A stretch of DNA of 64,000 nt from Chloroflexota bacterium (GTDB taxonomy: Bacteria; Chloroflexota; Limnocylindria; Limnocylindrales; CSP1-4), in contig JAXDKT010000061.1 in assembly GCA_034666965.1 (NCBI GenBank), positions 457 through 64,456 of the forward strand. Reading direction: 5' to 3'. A model generated the notes under the pieces. The model was given only the letters and a program-made list of their open reading frames with translations. It was not told the origin of the DNA and searched no databases. This document shows, one piece after another, positions 1 through 9,893 of this stretch (within the stretch, counting starts at the first letter, position 1; each line of letters starts with the position of its first letter). Both the position numbers and the translations under genes were made by a program.

Positions 1-667
1 CGGTCCGTTCGGGGTGGTCCTGATCCGCAACGGCCGCGAGGTCGGTGGCGGACCGACCAGCATCGCCACGGTCGGAACGATGGCCGAAATCCGGGAGGCG
101 GGGAAGTTCGCCGATGGGCGCTATGAGCTGCTGGTGGTCGGGGTCCGTCGCTTTCGGATCGAATCGGTGACCGTTGGGCGCGAGCCCTATCTCATCGGGC
201 AGGTCGAGGAGCTCGACGAGGTCGTTGGCGACCTGGCGATCGCCCGGGAGCTGACGGAGCGGGTGACCCGGCGGTTCGTCCGTTACCTGGCCCTGCTCCA
301 GCCGATCGACGGTGAGGACGCCGATGAGATCGACGTCCAGGTCGAGCTCGAGGTCGCCGACCCGCCGGAGGTCGGCTCAGCCCCCGGCGGTCTGGACGAC
401 GTATCGGGGTCGAGTGACGAGCGCGATCGGCTCGACGCGGTCGCGCACGACGTCGCCATCCCCGACGACCCCACGATCCTGTCCTACCTCCTGTCCGGGA
501 TCATTCAGGTGGATCAACCCCGACGCCAGGACCTCCTCGAGGCGGAGTCGACCGAGGCTCGACTGCACGAGCTGATCCGACTCATCGACCGTGAGGTCGT
601 GCTCCTCGAGCGCCGGCTGCGCAACTTCAACGTCGACCCGCGGACGGCCGCGCTGCGGCGCAACTAG
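1..667 (+). CDS. LON N-terminal (substrate-binding) domain protein, 5'-truncated at window edge
   Basis: The ORF is open to position 1. The sequence (…FRIESVTVGREPYLIGQVEELDE…, acidic linker, C-terminal helical part) matches the middle and C-terminus of stand-alone Lon N-domain proteins (COG2802-like). The N-terminal PLFPL motif is missing, so the gene begins upstream of the window. Confidence 0.6.
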   Translation, partial: GPFGVVLIRNGREVGGGPTSIATVGTMAEIREAGKFADGRYELLVVGVRRFRIESVTVGREPYLIGQVEELDEVVGDLAIARELTERVTRRFVRYLALLQPIDGEDADEIDVQVELEVADPPEVGSAPGGLDDVSGSSDERDRLDAVAHDVAIPDDPTILSYLLSGIIQVDQPRRQDLLEAESTEARLHELIRLIDREVVLLERRLRNFNVDPRTAALRRN

Positions 668-687
668 GCGTCCGGGCCAGTCAGCGC

Positions 688-1809
688 ATGACCCTCCAGG
701 TCCGCGAAGCCTCCCCGGGCGAGCTCGAGGATTGGGATGCTCGGGTCGTCGACGGTCCGCACGGCAACGTCCACCAGTCGCGCGCCTGGGCGGCCTACCG
801 CGCGGCGTTCGGCTGGCGGCCGCGCTTCCTGGTCGTTGGGGACGGCGCCCCGATCCTGGCCCTCAGCCGGGCCTGGCCGCTGGTCCGCAGCGAGGGTGCC
901 TACCTGTCCCGCGGGCCCCTTCCCGAGACGGATCCGGGCACGACGCTGGCCCGCCTCGAGGCGGTCGCCGGCTGGCTCGCCGAGCGCGGTGTGGCAGTCG
1001 TCGCGAGCGACGCGGAGGTGCCCGCCGAGAGCGGCTACCCCGAGCTCCTGGCGACGGCGGGCTACCGCCGCATCGAGGAGCTCCAGCCGTCGCGTCACCG
1101 ACTCGCGGTGGATCTCACCGACGTGACCGACCCGGCCGAGCTGCTGTCACGCTTTAGCGCAACAACCCGGAACATGATCCGGGCCGCCGAGCGGAGCGAC
1201 CTCCAGATCGTCCGCTACGGTCCGCCGGACGTGCTCCCGGTGGGCGTCGCCGAACCGCCGGCCCAGCGGCCGTTCCCGACGGCCCCGAAGACAGACCTGC
1301 TGGCCGAGCTCGACGTCCTGTACGGCTCGATGCGGGCAACGGCCGTGCGGCGCGGATTCGGGCTCGCGTCGCGGGACCGCTTCCTGGACTGGTCCGGGCG
1401 GGCCTTCAGCGCCGGCCACCTCGTCTATGTCGGTCTGCGCGAGCCTGGCGGGCAGCTCGTGGCCGGCGCCACCTTCTATCGCCATGGACGCCGCTGGACC
1501 TACGCCAACGCCGCCGACGACCCACGTTTTCGCAAGCCCTACCCCGGAGCGGTGCGCCTGGTCGTCTGGGAGGCGATGAAGGGCGCCCTGGCCGAGGGTC
1601 GCACCGAGATGGACCTCGGTGGCGTCGACGTGCCCGGTGCCCGCCGCCGCCCCGAACCGGGTGAGCCGGCCCACGGCATGCTCGCGTTCAAGGAGTCGTT
1701 CGGTGCGAGCTGGATCGAGCTGACCGGTGCCCACGAGCGAGTGTTCAGGCCGACGCGCTACGCCCTGGGCCGGATTGCCGCCCGGATTGTCGCGGCGGCC
1801 GGCCGCTGA
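688..1809 (+). CDS. FemAB-family peptidoglycan interpeptide-bridge (aminoacyl-tRNA-dependent) transferase-like protein
   Basis: 373 aa with two GNAT-like halves typical of FemX/FmhB (…RAWAAYRAAFGW…, …GATFYRHGRRWTYANAADDPRFRKPYPGAVRLVVWEAMKGA…). Codon usage is consistent with neighbours. Confidence 0.6.
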   Translation: MTLQVREASPGELEDWDARVVDGPHGNVHQSRAWAAYRAAFGWRPRFLVVGDGAPILALSRAWPLVRSEGAYLSRGPLPETDPGTTLARLEAVAGWLAERGVAVVASDAEVPAESGYPELLATAGYRRIEELQPSRHRLAVDLTDVTDPAELLSRFSATTRNMIRAAERSDLQIVRYGPPDVLPVGVAEPPAQRPFPTAPKTDLLAELDVLYGSMRATAVRRGFGLASRDRFLDWSGRAFSAGHLVYVGLREPGGQLVAGATFYRHGRRWTYANAADDPRFRKPYPGAVRLVVWEAMKGALAEGRTEMDLGGVDVPGARRRPEPGEPAHGMLAFKESFGASWIELTGAHERVFRPTRYALGRIAARIVAAAGR

Positions 1810-1825
1810 TCGGGACCGGGCGGCG

Positions 1826-2458
1826 TCACTCGCTGAAGCGTTCTTCCTTCCAGGGGTCGGCGTCGTTGTTGTAGCCGTAGCGCTCCCAGAAGCCGAGGAT
1901 GTCGTGGTCGAGGAACTCCAGGCCGCGGATCCACTTGGCGCTCTTCCAGAAGTAGCGCTTGGGCACGAACAGGCGGAGCGGGTAGCCATGCTCGAGCTCG
2001 AGCGGCTTTCCGTCGAACGTATCGGCCAGGAGGACGTCATCGTCGTCGAGGACCGCCAGAGGCAGGTTCGCGGTGTAGCCCTGCTCGGAATGGGCCAGGA
2101 CGTGGGTCGCCTCGGGCTTGAGCCCCGCCCGGCTCAGGATCTCCTGGATCGGCACCCCCTCCCAGAGGGTGTCGAGCTTGGTCCAGCGGGTGACGCAATG
2201 AATGTCGGTGGCGACCTGCTTGCGGGGCATCGCCTTGAACTCGTCCCAGGTCAGGCTGAACGGGCTGTCGACGGCGCCGAAGACACGGAAGTCCCAGGTC
2301 GCCAGGTCGGTGTGCGGCACCGACCCGTAGTGGAGAACCGGGAACTTGTCGGTCTTGTACTGGCCCGGCGGGATCCGCCCGGCGGTGGCCGGATCGGCCG
2401 CCCTGGTCCCGCGTAGACGGTCGAGCATCGCGATCTCCTGGTGCTGTCTCGACGGCAT
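1826..2458 (-). CDS. Molybdopterin-dependent oxidoreductase (sulfite-oxidase fold, MsrP/YedY-like catalytic subunit)
   Basis: 210 aa. Motifs HCVTRWTK and [19 protein letters not shown] are characteristic of the Moco-binding sulfite-oxidase-family domain. Start may be the internal Met (MLDRL…). Confidence 0.75.
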   Translation of the reverse strand: MPSRQHQEIAMLDRLRGTRAADPATAGRIPPGQYKTDKFPVLHYGSVPHTDLATWDFRVFGAVDSPFSLTWDEFKAMPRKQVATDIHCVTRWTKLDTLWEGVPIQEILSRAGLKPEATHVLAHSEQGYTANLPLAVLDDDDVLLADTFDGKPLELEHGYPLRLFVPKRYFWKSAKWIRGLEFLDHDILGFWERYGYNNDADPWKEERFSE

Positions 2459-2501
2459 CGTCCCACAGACGCGCCGCGCCGGTCACGACCGCCGGGCGGG
2501 C

Positions 2502-4076
2502 TCAGGGCGGCGAAGCGGCCTCAACGCGGACGACCCACAGTCCGGCCGTCTTGTCGACCAGGATCGGGACGTAGCGGTAGCTGCCGATGATCGTCGGCCG
2601 ATCGATCTCGACCAATGAATAGCGCGGGTCCCCAGGGTGGTCGTCCAGTCGATCGTGATAGACGATCGTTCCGGCAGTCGGCTTGCCCTGCAGGGGGTCG
2701 AGCCAGGTCTCGTACGAGTAGGCGACCTCGGTCAGCGGCAGGTCGAGGTCGGCGACGGCCTGGGCGCGGAGCGTTGGTGGCACGATCAGCAGGGGATGGT
2801 CGGAGATCGTCCCCGACGGCGGGAGACGGTGCCACGTCGGGCGCGCCGGGACCTCCCTGCGGATCGCCTCGAAGGCTCGCTTGGCATTGGCGTGGAGCTT
2901 GACCTGGGTGTCGATCGCCGCCCTGACCGTCGCGTTCAACGGGGCGATGGGTGCGATGGCGAGCGCCACCGCCAGCCCACCGGCGACGGGCAGCAGGACC
3001 GTGCGCAGGTTGGGCCGGATTCGCCTTCTCAGCCAGCGCCGGATCGCCGGCACGTCCAGCGCGGACACTCCGACCGCCGCGGCGAAGAGCAGGCCGAGAT
3101 CGATGGGGACCAGGTAGCGCGAGGACAGGAACGTCCCCCGCGCCCCACTGACGATGAACAGGCCAGCGATCCCGAGGATCACCCCGGCCAGGCCAATGGC
3201 GAGCTGCCATTGCCGGCGCGAGACCAGCACGAACAGCGAGGCGCCAGCCAGCGGCAGGAGCGCGGCCTGCCCCAGGAAGTGTTGCCACATCCAGCCAACC
3301 ATGGCCACGAGCCCACGCAGCTTGCGACCCTGTGAGGCGATCTCGGCCGTGTTCAGCCAGAACAGCGGGTCGCCGAAGAGGACTTCGTCGTGGGCGATGA
3401 AGATCGGAATCGCCAGCAACCCCAGAAGGGTCAGGTAGGCCCTCCGGGGCGGTCGAGGCCGATGGGTGACCACCGCCCCGATTTCCGCTCCGATCAGGGC
3501 GATGAACGCGACGCCAACGACCGCCAGCGCCTCCGGGCGTGCCAGGGCGGCCACGGCCAGGGCGACGCCGGCCAGGCCATATCGGGGCCGCTGGGCGGTC
3601 ACCGCGAGTCCCGCGACCAGCAGGAAGAGCAGCATCCACACGACCGCATAGGCGAGGCCGAGGTCGACCAGCAGGATCGGCGAAAGCATGAACGACGCGG
3701 CCGCGAACGCGGCGCTGGCCAGGCCGGCCACGCGGTGGGCCAGGACGGCCGCCAGCACGACACACAGGGCGAAGGCCACGATCGCGGCCCACGCCACGGG
3801 TCGCCAATCGTGGAAGAGGGCGAACAACGGGCCGTAGACGAGGTCGAGCAAGGGCTTCGACGTCTGGGTCAGGCGGCCCTCGATGGCCTGACCGGCGGCG
3901 AGCCGCTCGAATTCGATCACCGGCGCGATCGCATCCGGCCCGACCGAGCCGGAATGGAGCGGGCGCACCAGCCGAACGGCCACGAACACGGAGGCGAGAA
4001 ACAGGCCGCCGAGAACCGCGACCCGCCAGCGGCCGCCCAGACTCGCGATCCGCCAGCGGCCGGCGAGGTCGGTCAT
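2502..4076 (-). CDS. Polytopic integral membrane protein, probable GT-C-type (family 39/83-like) glycosyltransferase
   Basis: 524 aa with about 10 hydrophobic helices in the N-terminal 330 aa and a soluble C-terminal ~190 aa domain. It sits divergently beside a GT2 polyprenyl-phosphate sugar synthase and a flippase-like protein. The GT-C assignment is from architecture and context only. Confidence 0.45.
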   Translation of the reverse strand: MTDLAGRWRIASLGGRWRVAVLGGLFLASVFVAVRLVRPLHSGSVGPDAIAPVIEFERLAAGQAIEGRLTQTSKPLLDLVYGPLFALFHDWRPVAWAAIVAFALCVVLAAVLAHRVAGLASAAFAAASFMLSPILLVDLGLAYAVVWMLLFLLVAGLAVTAQRPRYGLAGVALAVAALARPEALAVVGVAFIALIGAEIGAVVTHRPRPPRRAYLTLLGLLAIPIFIAHDEVLFGDPLFWLNTAEIASQGRKLRGLVAMVGWMWQHFLGQAALLPLAGASLFVLVSRRQWQLAIGLAGVILGIAGLFIVSGARGTFLSSRYLVPIDLGLLFAAAVGVSALDVPAIRRWLRRRIRPNLRTVLLPVAGGLAVALAIAPIAPLNATVRAAIDTQVKLHANAKRAFEAIRREVPARPTWHRLPPSGTISDHPLLIVPPTLRAQAVADLDLPLTEVAYSYETWLDPLQGKPTAGTIVYHDRLDDHPGDPRYSLVEIDRPTIIGSYRYVPILVDKTAGLWVVRVEAASPP

Positions 4077-4108
4077 GGTCGCCGGAGTCTAGGGTATCCT
4101 CGTCCGCG

Positions 4109-4966
4109 ATGCCCACCCCAGAACGCGGTCCGGAGGCTCGGCCGACGGCCGATCCGGTCACGACCGCGGACCGCAGCCCAGGTAGCGGGCAGGCGCCGGA
4201 TGGGGACCCTGCGGGCGGTCGCCCGACGGTCGTCATCGTGATGCCGGCCTACAACGCGGCCAAGACCCTGGAACGAACCTACGCCGACATCCCGCACGAG
4301 ATCGTCGACCGGATTCTCCTGGTCGACGACGTGTCCCACGACGAGACCGTCGACGTCGCCCGCCAGCTCGGTCTGGATGTGATCATCCATCGTCAGAACC
4401 GTGGGTATGGCGGCAACCAGAAGACGTGCTACGACGCGGCCCTGGCCGCCGGCGCCGACGTCGTGGTCATGCTCCATCCCGACTACCAGTACGACGCCAC
4501 CCGCATCCCGGAGCTGATCGCCCCGATCGCTGCTGGGCAGAAGGACCTGATGCTGGGCAGCCGGTTCCTGGGCGATCCGATCGCCGGCGGGATGCCGCGC
4601 TGGAAGTACGTCAGCAATCGGTTCCTGACCGGGCTCGAGAATGCCGCCTTCGGTCTGCACCTGAGCGAGTACCACACCGGGCTGCGGGCCTACAGCCGGC
4701 GTCTCCTGGAGGCGATCCCGTATCACCTCAACAGCGACGACTTCGTGTTCGACCAGGAGTTGATCAGTCAGGTCGTGGCCGCCGGCGGCCTGCCCATCGG
4801 CGAGATCGCCGTGCCGACGCGCTACTTCGAGGAGGCCAGCTCGGTCGGCTTCAGGCGGAGCGTGGTCTACGGCCTGTCGACCCTGCGCGTCGTGGCCCGC
4901 TATCTCCTCCATCGAACCCGCCTGCGCCGCTCTCCCAAGCTGACCGCTCGGCGTCCGGCGGCCTAG
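4109..4966 (+). CDS. Family-2 glycosyltransferase (polyprenyl-phosphate sugar synthase, DPM1/ArnC-like)
   Basis: 285 aa. VVIVMPAYNAAKTLE…LLVDDVSHDETVDV…DVVVMLHPDYQYD is the GT2 (GT-A) signature with the DxD-like motif. Pro/Ala-rich N-terminal extension. Confidence 0.85.
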   Translation: MPTPERGPEARPTADPVTTADRSPGSGQAPDGDPAGGRPTVVIVMPAYNAAKTLERTYADIPHEIVDRILLVDDVSHDETVDVARQLGLDVIIHRQNRGYGGNQKTCYDAALAAGADVVVMLHPDYQYDATRIPELIAPIAAGQKDLMLGSRFLGDPIAGGMPRWKYVSNRFLTGLENAAFGLHLSEYHTGLRAYSRRLLEAIPYHLNSDDFVFDQELISQVVAAGGLPIGEIAVPTRYFEEASSVGFRRSVVYGLSTLRVVARYLLHRTRLRRSPKLTARRPAA

Positions 4967-4973
4967 GGGCAGT

Positions 4974-6002
4974 ATGCGCCGAGGTGTCGGCGGGACCTTG
5001 CGGGCCGTGCTGGGGATCGTCATCTCGGTCGCCTCGCTGGCGTTCGTGCTGAGCGGGGTGGACCTGGCTCGGACAGCGGAGATCCTGGGGACGGCAGCCC
5101 CGGGCTGGGTGATCCTGTCGGTGAGCCTCCAGGCGAGCGACGTGTTCCTGCGGGCGGTGCGCTGGCAGCGCCTCGTGGCCCCGATCCGGGCGGTCCGTCT
5201 GACCCCGATGCTGGCCTACCTGCTGGTTGGCTACCTGGCCAACAACATCCTGCCAGCGAGGCTCGGGGAGCTGGTCCGGAGTCATTACCTCGGCGATCGC
5301 GAGGGGATCAGCCGCGCGTCGGCGCTGGGCACGGTCGTGGTCGAGCGCGTGGTCGACACCGCGGTGGTCGTGTCGATCGGCGCGCTGGCGATCCTCGTCC
5401 TCCACGTCCGGGGGACCGTCGCGAGCGCGGTGCTCATCGGGGCGGCGGTGACCGGCCTGCTCGTCGTCGGGCTCGCGGTCGGGATTCTCGCTCACCGGTT
5501 GCCCGGCGCCGATCGGGTCATCGCCTTCGCCGAACGCCGGCCACGGATCGCGGGGACCGGCCGGCGGCTGCACGACGGACTCGCGGTCGCCCGCCGGCCG
5601 CGGACCCTTGCCGAGGCGATCGTCCTGAGCCTTGCGGCCTGGGGAGCCAGCCTGCTGGCGGTCGCCGCAGCCGGACAGGCGCTCGGGATCCAGCTCACGA
5701 TCGGGGCCGCGGCCCTGCTCTCGGCCGGGGTCGCCCTGGCCACCGCGATCCCGTCGGCACCGGGCTATCTGGGCACGTTCGAGCTGGCTGCGGTGACCAT
5801 CGGCACGGCCCTGGGACTGTCGCGCGACCAGGCCCTCGCGCTGGCGGTCCTGGTCCACGCCTCGATCCTGACCCTGACCTCGGTCGCGGGCGCGGGCGCG
5901 TTTCTGCGACTGGGCTGGGCGCGCAGCAGCGACGAGGTAGCCGAGGTGGCCCGCGGGCTGGTCGATGGCGATTCGGCACCGGAACCCGAGCGCGGCGGCT
6001 GA
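4974..6002 (+). CDS. UPF0104 / lysylphosphatidylglycerol-synthase-TM-domain family membrane protein (putative flippase)
   Basis: 342 aa, multi-TM. The sequence …LRAVRWQRLV…LANNILPARLGELVRSHYL… is typical of the UPF0104 'flippase-like' family that is often operonic with GT2 enzymes. Overlaps the GT2 stop by a few nt. Confidence 0.7.
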   Translation: MRRGVGGTLRAVLGIVISVASLAFVLSGVDLARTAEILGTAAPGWVILSVSLQASDVFLRAVRWQRLVAPIRAVRLTPMLAYLLVGYLANNILPARLGELVRSHYLGDREGISRASALGTVVVERVVDTAVVVSIGALAILVLHVRGTVASAVLIGAAVTGLLVVGLAVGILAHRLPGADRVIAFAERRPRIAGTGRRLHDGLAVARRPRTLAEAIVLSLAAWGASLLAVAAAGQALGIQLTIGAAALLSAGVALATAIPSAPGYLGTFELAAVTIGTALGLSRDQALALAVLVHASILTLTSVAGAGAFLRLGWARSSDEVAEVARGLVDGDSAPEPERGG

Positions 6003-6006
6003 CCGG

Positions 6007-7131
6007 TCAGTCCGCTCCCGCGGCCACGCCCAGCTGGTCCGGCTCGGGCCCCGGAGGCAGGCTGAACCAGAAGCGCGTCAAGCCATCGACCGACTCGACC
6101 CCGACCCGGCCGCCGGCCGCCTCGATCACCTGCTGGACGATGGCCAGCCCGATGCCAGCACCGCCCCGGCCCCGGTCGCGCGACTTCTCGACCCGATAGA
6201 AGCGCTCGAAGACGTGCGCCTGGTCGGCCGCCGGGATCCCCTCGCCGGTGTTGCTGACGGAGACGATGACGCCATCCGGTCGTCGTTCCGCATGGACGCT
6301 CACCGAACCGCCGGGCGGCGTGTAGCGCAGGGCGTTCTGAAGGAGATTGCCGAAGACCTGGGCCAGGCCGTCGGGGTCGGCGCGCACGACCAGCCGCTCG
6401 GGCAAGTTCGCCTCGAGGCGGATCGCGGCGCGATCGAAGCCGGGACCGGCCAGCTCGACGGCAGCGGCGATCGCGCCGACCAGATCGAGCTCGACCGGGG
6501 CCGACCAGTGGCTGCCCGCGTCGCCGGCGGCCAGCGTGTCCAGTGAGCGCGACAGCCGGACGAGCCGATCGGCCTCTTCGTAGAGCGACTCGTAGGTCGC
6601 CGCATCCGCCTGGATGACCCCGTCACGGAGCGCCTCGAGGTAGCCCTGCAGGTTGGTCAACGGTGTGCGCAGCTCGTGGGCGGCGTTGGCGATGAAGTCG
6701 CGCCGCATCCGCTCCTGCTCCTCGAGCGCCTCCGCCATCTGGTTGAACGAGACCGCCAGGCCGGCCACCTCATCGGGCCCGTCGGTGGGGACCCGCGCCC
6801 CGTAGTCGCCCGCAGCGACCCGCCGGGCGGCCCCGCCGATCTCGCGCAGCGGGCGGGCCAGGCGCCGGCCGAGGACGACAGCCAGGACGGTGGCGGCCAG
6901 GATCGCCGCCACGACCGCGGCAATGACCACGATCGTGACCGAGGCGTCGAACGTCGAGCGCGCCCCCTCGGTGCTCTCGCCGTGCTCGCGCATCAAGGCC
7001 ATGAAGATCTGGCCCCCGACGATGGTCACGCCGAGGGCCAGGATGCCGACCGCCACGAGGGTCGTCAGGACCGCCACAAGGGCGATCCGCGAGCCGATCC
7101 CGCGCGTCCAGGCGGGTCCGCGCGAGGGCAT
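6007..7131 (-). CDS. Sensor histidine kinase (TM + HAMP + HisKA + HATPase_c)
   Basis: 374 aa. H-box AHELRTPLTNLQGYLEAL, N/G boxes (NLLQNALRYTPPGG…NTGEGIP…GGAGIGLAIV), two N-terminal TM segments. Confidence 0.9.
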   Translation of the reverse strand: MPSRGPAWTRGIGSRIALVAVLTTLVAVGILALGVTIVGGQIFMALMREHGESTEGARSTFDASVTIVVIAAVVAAILAATVLAVVLGRRLARPLREIGGAARRVAAGDYGARVPTDGPDEVAGLAVSFNQMAEALEEQERMRRDFIANAAHELRTPLTNLQGYLEALRDGVIQADAATYESLYEEADRLVRLSRSLDTLAAGDAGSHWSAPVELDLVGAIAAAVELAGPGFDRAAIRLEANLPERLVVRADPDGLAQVFGNLLQNALRYTPPGGSVSVHAERRPDGVIVSVSNTGEGIPAADQAHVFERFYRVEKSRDRGRGGAGIGLAIVQQVIEAAGGRVGVESVDGLTRFWFSLPPGPEPDQLGVAAGAD

Positions 7132-7907
7132 CAGCCGGCCTCGTCGGGCGCGATCGGCGGGACGTCCATCGGGGCCGACGTCGGGCCGGCGGCTCGGTAG
7201 CCGACCCCCCGGATGGTGACCACGAAGCGCGGCCGCTCGGCCGGATCGCCGAGCTTGTCCCGCAGGCGTCCGACGTTGACGTCGATCGTCCGGTCGAGCA
7301 CCGCGTCGGCGTCGAGGCCGTAGACCGCGTCGAGGAGCTGATCGCGGTTGAGGACCCGGCCGTTGGCCTCGAGCAGCGCGGCAAGGAGCCGGAACTCGAG
7401 GGCCGTCAGGGAGACGGCTGCTCCGTCGACCCGGACCTCGTGCCGATCGCGATCCACGACCAGGCCATTCAGGCTGAGCATCGGCCGTGGCTCCGGCAGC
7501 GTGCCCCCGCCGACGCCGGGCGGCTGCGCGCCGACGGTCCGGCTCAGAATTCGGTCGACGCGCAGGACGAGCTCGGCCGGTGAGAACGGCTTGGGCAGGT
7601 AGTCGTCGGCGCCCTCGATCAGCCCCGCGATGCGGTCCGCGGTCGTGCCCCGGGCGGACAGCACGATGATCGGCGTGTCACTCGATCGGCGCACCTCGCG
7701 GATGATCGCCAGACCGTCGATCTCGGGCAGCATCAGGTCGAGGACCACCAGCGCCGGGTGGTGGGCGGCCACGGCCGCCAGGGCGCTCGGCCCGTCGGCG
7801 GCTTCGACCACCCGATGACCCTCGCGCTCCAGGTAGGTCCGCACCAGGCGGACGATCTTGGCGTCGTCGTCGACGACGAGGATCGGTCGGGTGGCGCTGG
7901 CTGCCAT
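7131..7907 (-). CDS. OmpR/PhoB-family response regulator
   Basis: Receiver domain (ILVVDDDAKIVRLV…LDLMLPEIDGL…DDYLPKPFSPAEL) plus winged-helix domain (…LTALEFRLLAALL…GVGYR). Forms an RR-HK operon with 6007..7131. The ORF extends to 7976; the likely start is the Met before ASATRPILVV. Confidence 0.9.
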   Translation of the reverse strand: MAASATRPILVVDDDAKIVRLVRTYLEREGHRVVEAADGPSALAAVAAHHPALVVLDLMLPEIDGLAIIREVRRSSDTPIIVLSARGTTADRIAGLIEGADDYLPKPFSPAELVLRVDRILSRTVGAQPPGVGGGTLPEPRPMLSLNGLVVDRDRHEVRVDGAAVSLTALEFRLLAALLEANGRVLNRDQLLDAVYGLDADAVLDRTIDVNVGRLRDKLGDPAERPRFVVTIRGVGYRAAGPTSAPMDVPPIAPDEAG

Positions 7908-8083
7908 CGTCGAGATGGTAGCCGGACGCGACGGCCGCGCCGATGACGATCCGATGACGTGGAGACCTGTCGGCACACTCTGGGGAAACGACGAACCCCC
8001 GGCCCATGCCGGACCGGGAACGCAGAAGACCCCGACGCATCGGCCGGGGTCTTCTCGGTCAGGTTGGGGTCAGGTTGGGCTGC

Positions 8084-9070
8084 TCAGGGAGCCGGCTTGG
8101 CCAGGTCGCTGAGGGTCTTGAGCGCGTATTTGTCGGCGGTGGCCTTGCTCACCACGAAGCCGTTCTGGTCGGTCGCTGCAGCGAAGGCAAGGGCAACCAG
8201 GCCGTCAGCTTTGGCCGCCGCGTTGAACGCGGTCGACGTCTCGGCCGGGTCGCTCGAGGGCGTGCCTTTGTAGGCGACCGACAGGGCGGTGGCGAGGTAC
8301 TCGGGCACGACGTCGATCTGGCCCGACTTCAACGCCGGGTAGACGACCTCGCGGTTGCCCAGGTTCAGCTTCTTCTCGACGTCGAAGCCGTTGGCCACGA
8401 GCGCCTGCGCATAGAGCTCGGCCAGGGTCGTCGACTCCGGGAAGTTGAATGAGGCGACGACGACCTTGCCCTTGCCCGAGCCGCCCGGGCCGGGCAGGAA
8501 CCCGTTCGCCGTCAGCCAGTCCTTGGCCGCGTCGGCAGGGTCCTTCTTGTCGATCGCGACCGCCTGGTTGAGGCCGATCAATTCGGTCTGCGACAGCTTG
8601 GCGCTGATTGCTTCGAGGACGGTCTTGACCTCCGGGTGCGCGTCGACCACCGCTTGGCGCACGACCGGGGCGATGTTGTCCGACTTCTGGAGGTGCTTGT
8701 CATCGTCGAGCAGGACGAAGCCCTTGGCCGCGATCGATGGATCCGAGGTGAACAGCAGGCCGACGTCGACCTGGCCGGACTCGACCGCGGCCACGGTCAG
8801 GGGACCGCCGGCGTCGAGCGGCTTGAATTCCTTGAACTTCAGGCCGTAGACCTTCTCCAGGCCGACGGCGCAGAACTCACGTTGGGGACATTCGGGTGGC
8901 CCGCCAAGAACGAGCGTCGAGGCGATGGTCGCGGACGAACTGGGTGCCGTCGAGGCGCTCGTCGTGGCCGGTGCCGTCGATGCCGACGGACTGCTCCCAC
9001 CCGTCGAGCACGCGCTCAGCACCAGCGCGAGCGTCGACGCCCCGAGAGCGAGCATGCGGATAGTCCGCAT
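8084..9070 (-). CDS. ABC transporter substrate-binding lipoprotein, glycine betaine/choline/carnitine (OpuAC/OpuBC) family
   Basis: 328 aa. Signal peptide with lipobox LSAC, Ser/Thr/Ala/Pro linker, then an OpuAC-type domain. Last gene of an ABC operon. Confidence 0.8.
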   Translation of the reverse strand: MRTIRMLALGASTLALVLSACSTGGSSPSASTAPATTSASTAPSSSATIASTLVLGGPPECPQREFCAVGLEKVYGLKFKEFKPLDAGGPLTVAAVESGQVDVGLLFTSDPSIAAKGFVLLDDDKHLQKSDNIAPVVRQAVVDAHPEVKTVLEAISAKLSQTELIGLNQAVAIDKKDPADAAKDWLTANGFLPGPGGSGKGKVVVASFNFPESTTLAELYAQALVANGFDVEKKLNLGNREVVYPALKSGQIDVVPEYLATALSVAYKGTPSSDPAETSTAFNAAAKADGLVALAFAAATDQNGFVVSKATADKYALKTLSDLAKPAP

Positions 9071-9172
9071 TGGGTCTCCTCCTCCTCTTGATGTGCGCGT
9101 CCTGGCAGGACACGGTCGGCCGACTATAGAGCAGTGCCCCGAACCCGTCCGTCGGGCACCAACTCGCGGTGG

Positions 9173-9886
9173 TTACGCGCGCGAGCCGTCCATGGATGTC
9201 CGGCGGCCCGCGGCGCGGCCCCGCTCCAGCCGGAGTCCGGGCGAAACGACGAGTCGTTCGAGGCCGGCGAACAACAGCTCGGTGACGATCGCCAGGAGCG
9301 CCACGAGGGTCGCTCCACCGACGATCCGGCCGATATCCTGGAGGGCGAAGCCGTCGACGATGTAGCGTCCCAGACCTCCGCCGGCGACGATCGCACCGAG
9401 CGTGGCCGTCGCCACGACCTGGACCGACGCCGTCCGGATCCCGGCCAGGATGACCGGCAGCGCCGGGGGCAGCTCGACCTGCCAGAGGACCTGCCACGAT
9501 CGCATGCCCAACCCCCGGGCGGCCTCGACGAGCTCCCGATCCACCCCCCGGACGCCGGCGTAGGCATTGGTCACGATCGGCGGAATGGCCAGCATGGTCA
9601 GGGCCACCAGGGTCGTCCGGAAGCCCAGGCCGAGGATCGGCAGAAAGACCACGAGGAGGGCCAGCGACGGGATCGCCCGGCCGAGATTGGCGATCGTCAC
9701 CACGAGCAGGCCACCGCGACCGGTGTGTCCGATGGCCAGTCCAACCGGCAACGCGATCACGATCGCCAGGGCGGCGGCCGCGAGACATAGCTCGACGTGC
9801 TCAAAGAGCCGGATCGGGATCCCATCCGTGCCCTGCCAATGGGCCGGATCGGTCAGCCACGCGAGGGCCTGGTTGATGACGTTCAT
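9173..9886 (-). CDS. ABC transporter permease (OpuBB/ProW-like)
   Basis: Multi-TM BPD_transp_1-type permease with EAA-like loop. The ORF extends to 9991, but MNVINQ… is the likely start. Confidence 0.8.
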   Translation of the reverse strand: MNVINQALAWLTDPAHWQGTDGIPIRLFEHVELCLAAAALAIVIALPVGLAIGHTGRGGLLVVTIANLGRAIPSLALLVVFLPILGLGFRTTLVALTMLAIPPIVTNAYAGVRGVDRELVEAARGLGMRSWQVLWQVELPPALPVILAGIRTASVQVVATATLGAIVAGGGLGRYIVDGFALQDIGRIVGGATLVALLAIVTELLFAGLERLVVSPGLRLERGRAAGRRTSMDGSRA

Positions 9887-9893
9887 CGCTGGC

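Noticed and set aside
2521-4236. 571-aa ORF overlapping the membrane glycosyltransferase-like gene in another frame
   Set aside because: Arg/Pro/Gly-rich, low-complexity translation typical of an out-of-frame reading of high-GC coding DNA. The overlapping 524-aa frame has coherent TM helices.
8006-8452. Plus-strand 148-aa ORF overlapping the ABC substrate-binding gene
   Set aside because: It is antisense to a well-supported OpuAC-family gene and has low-complexity composition.
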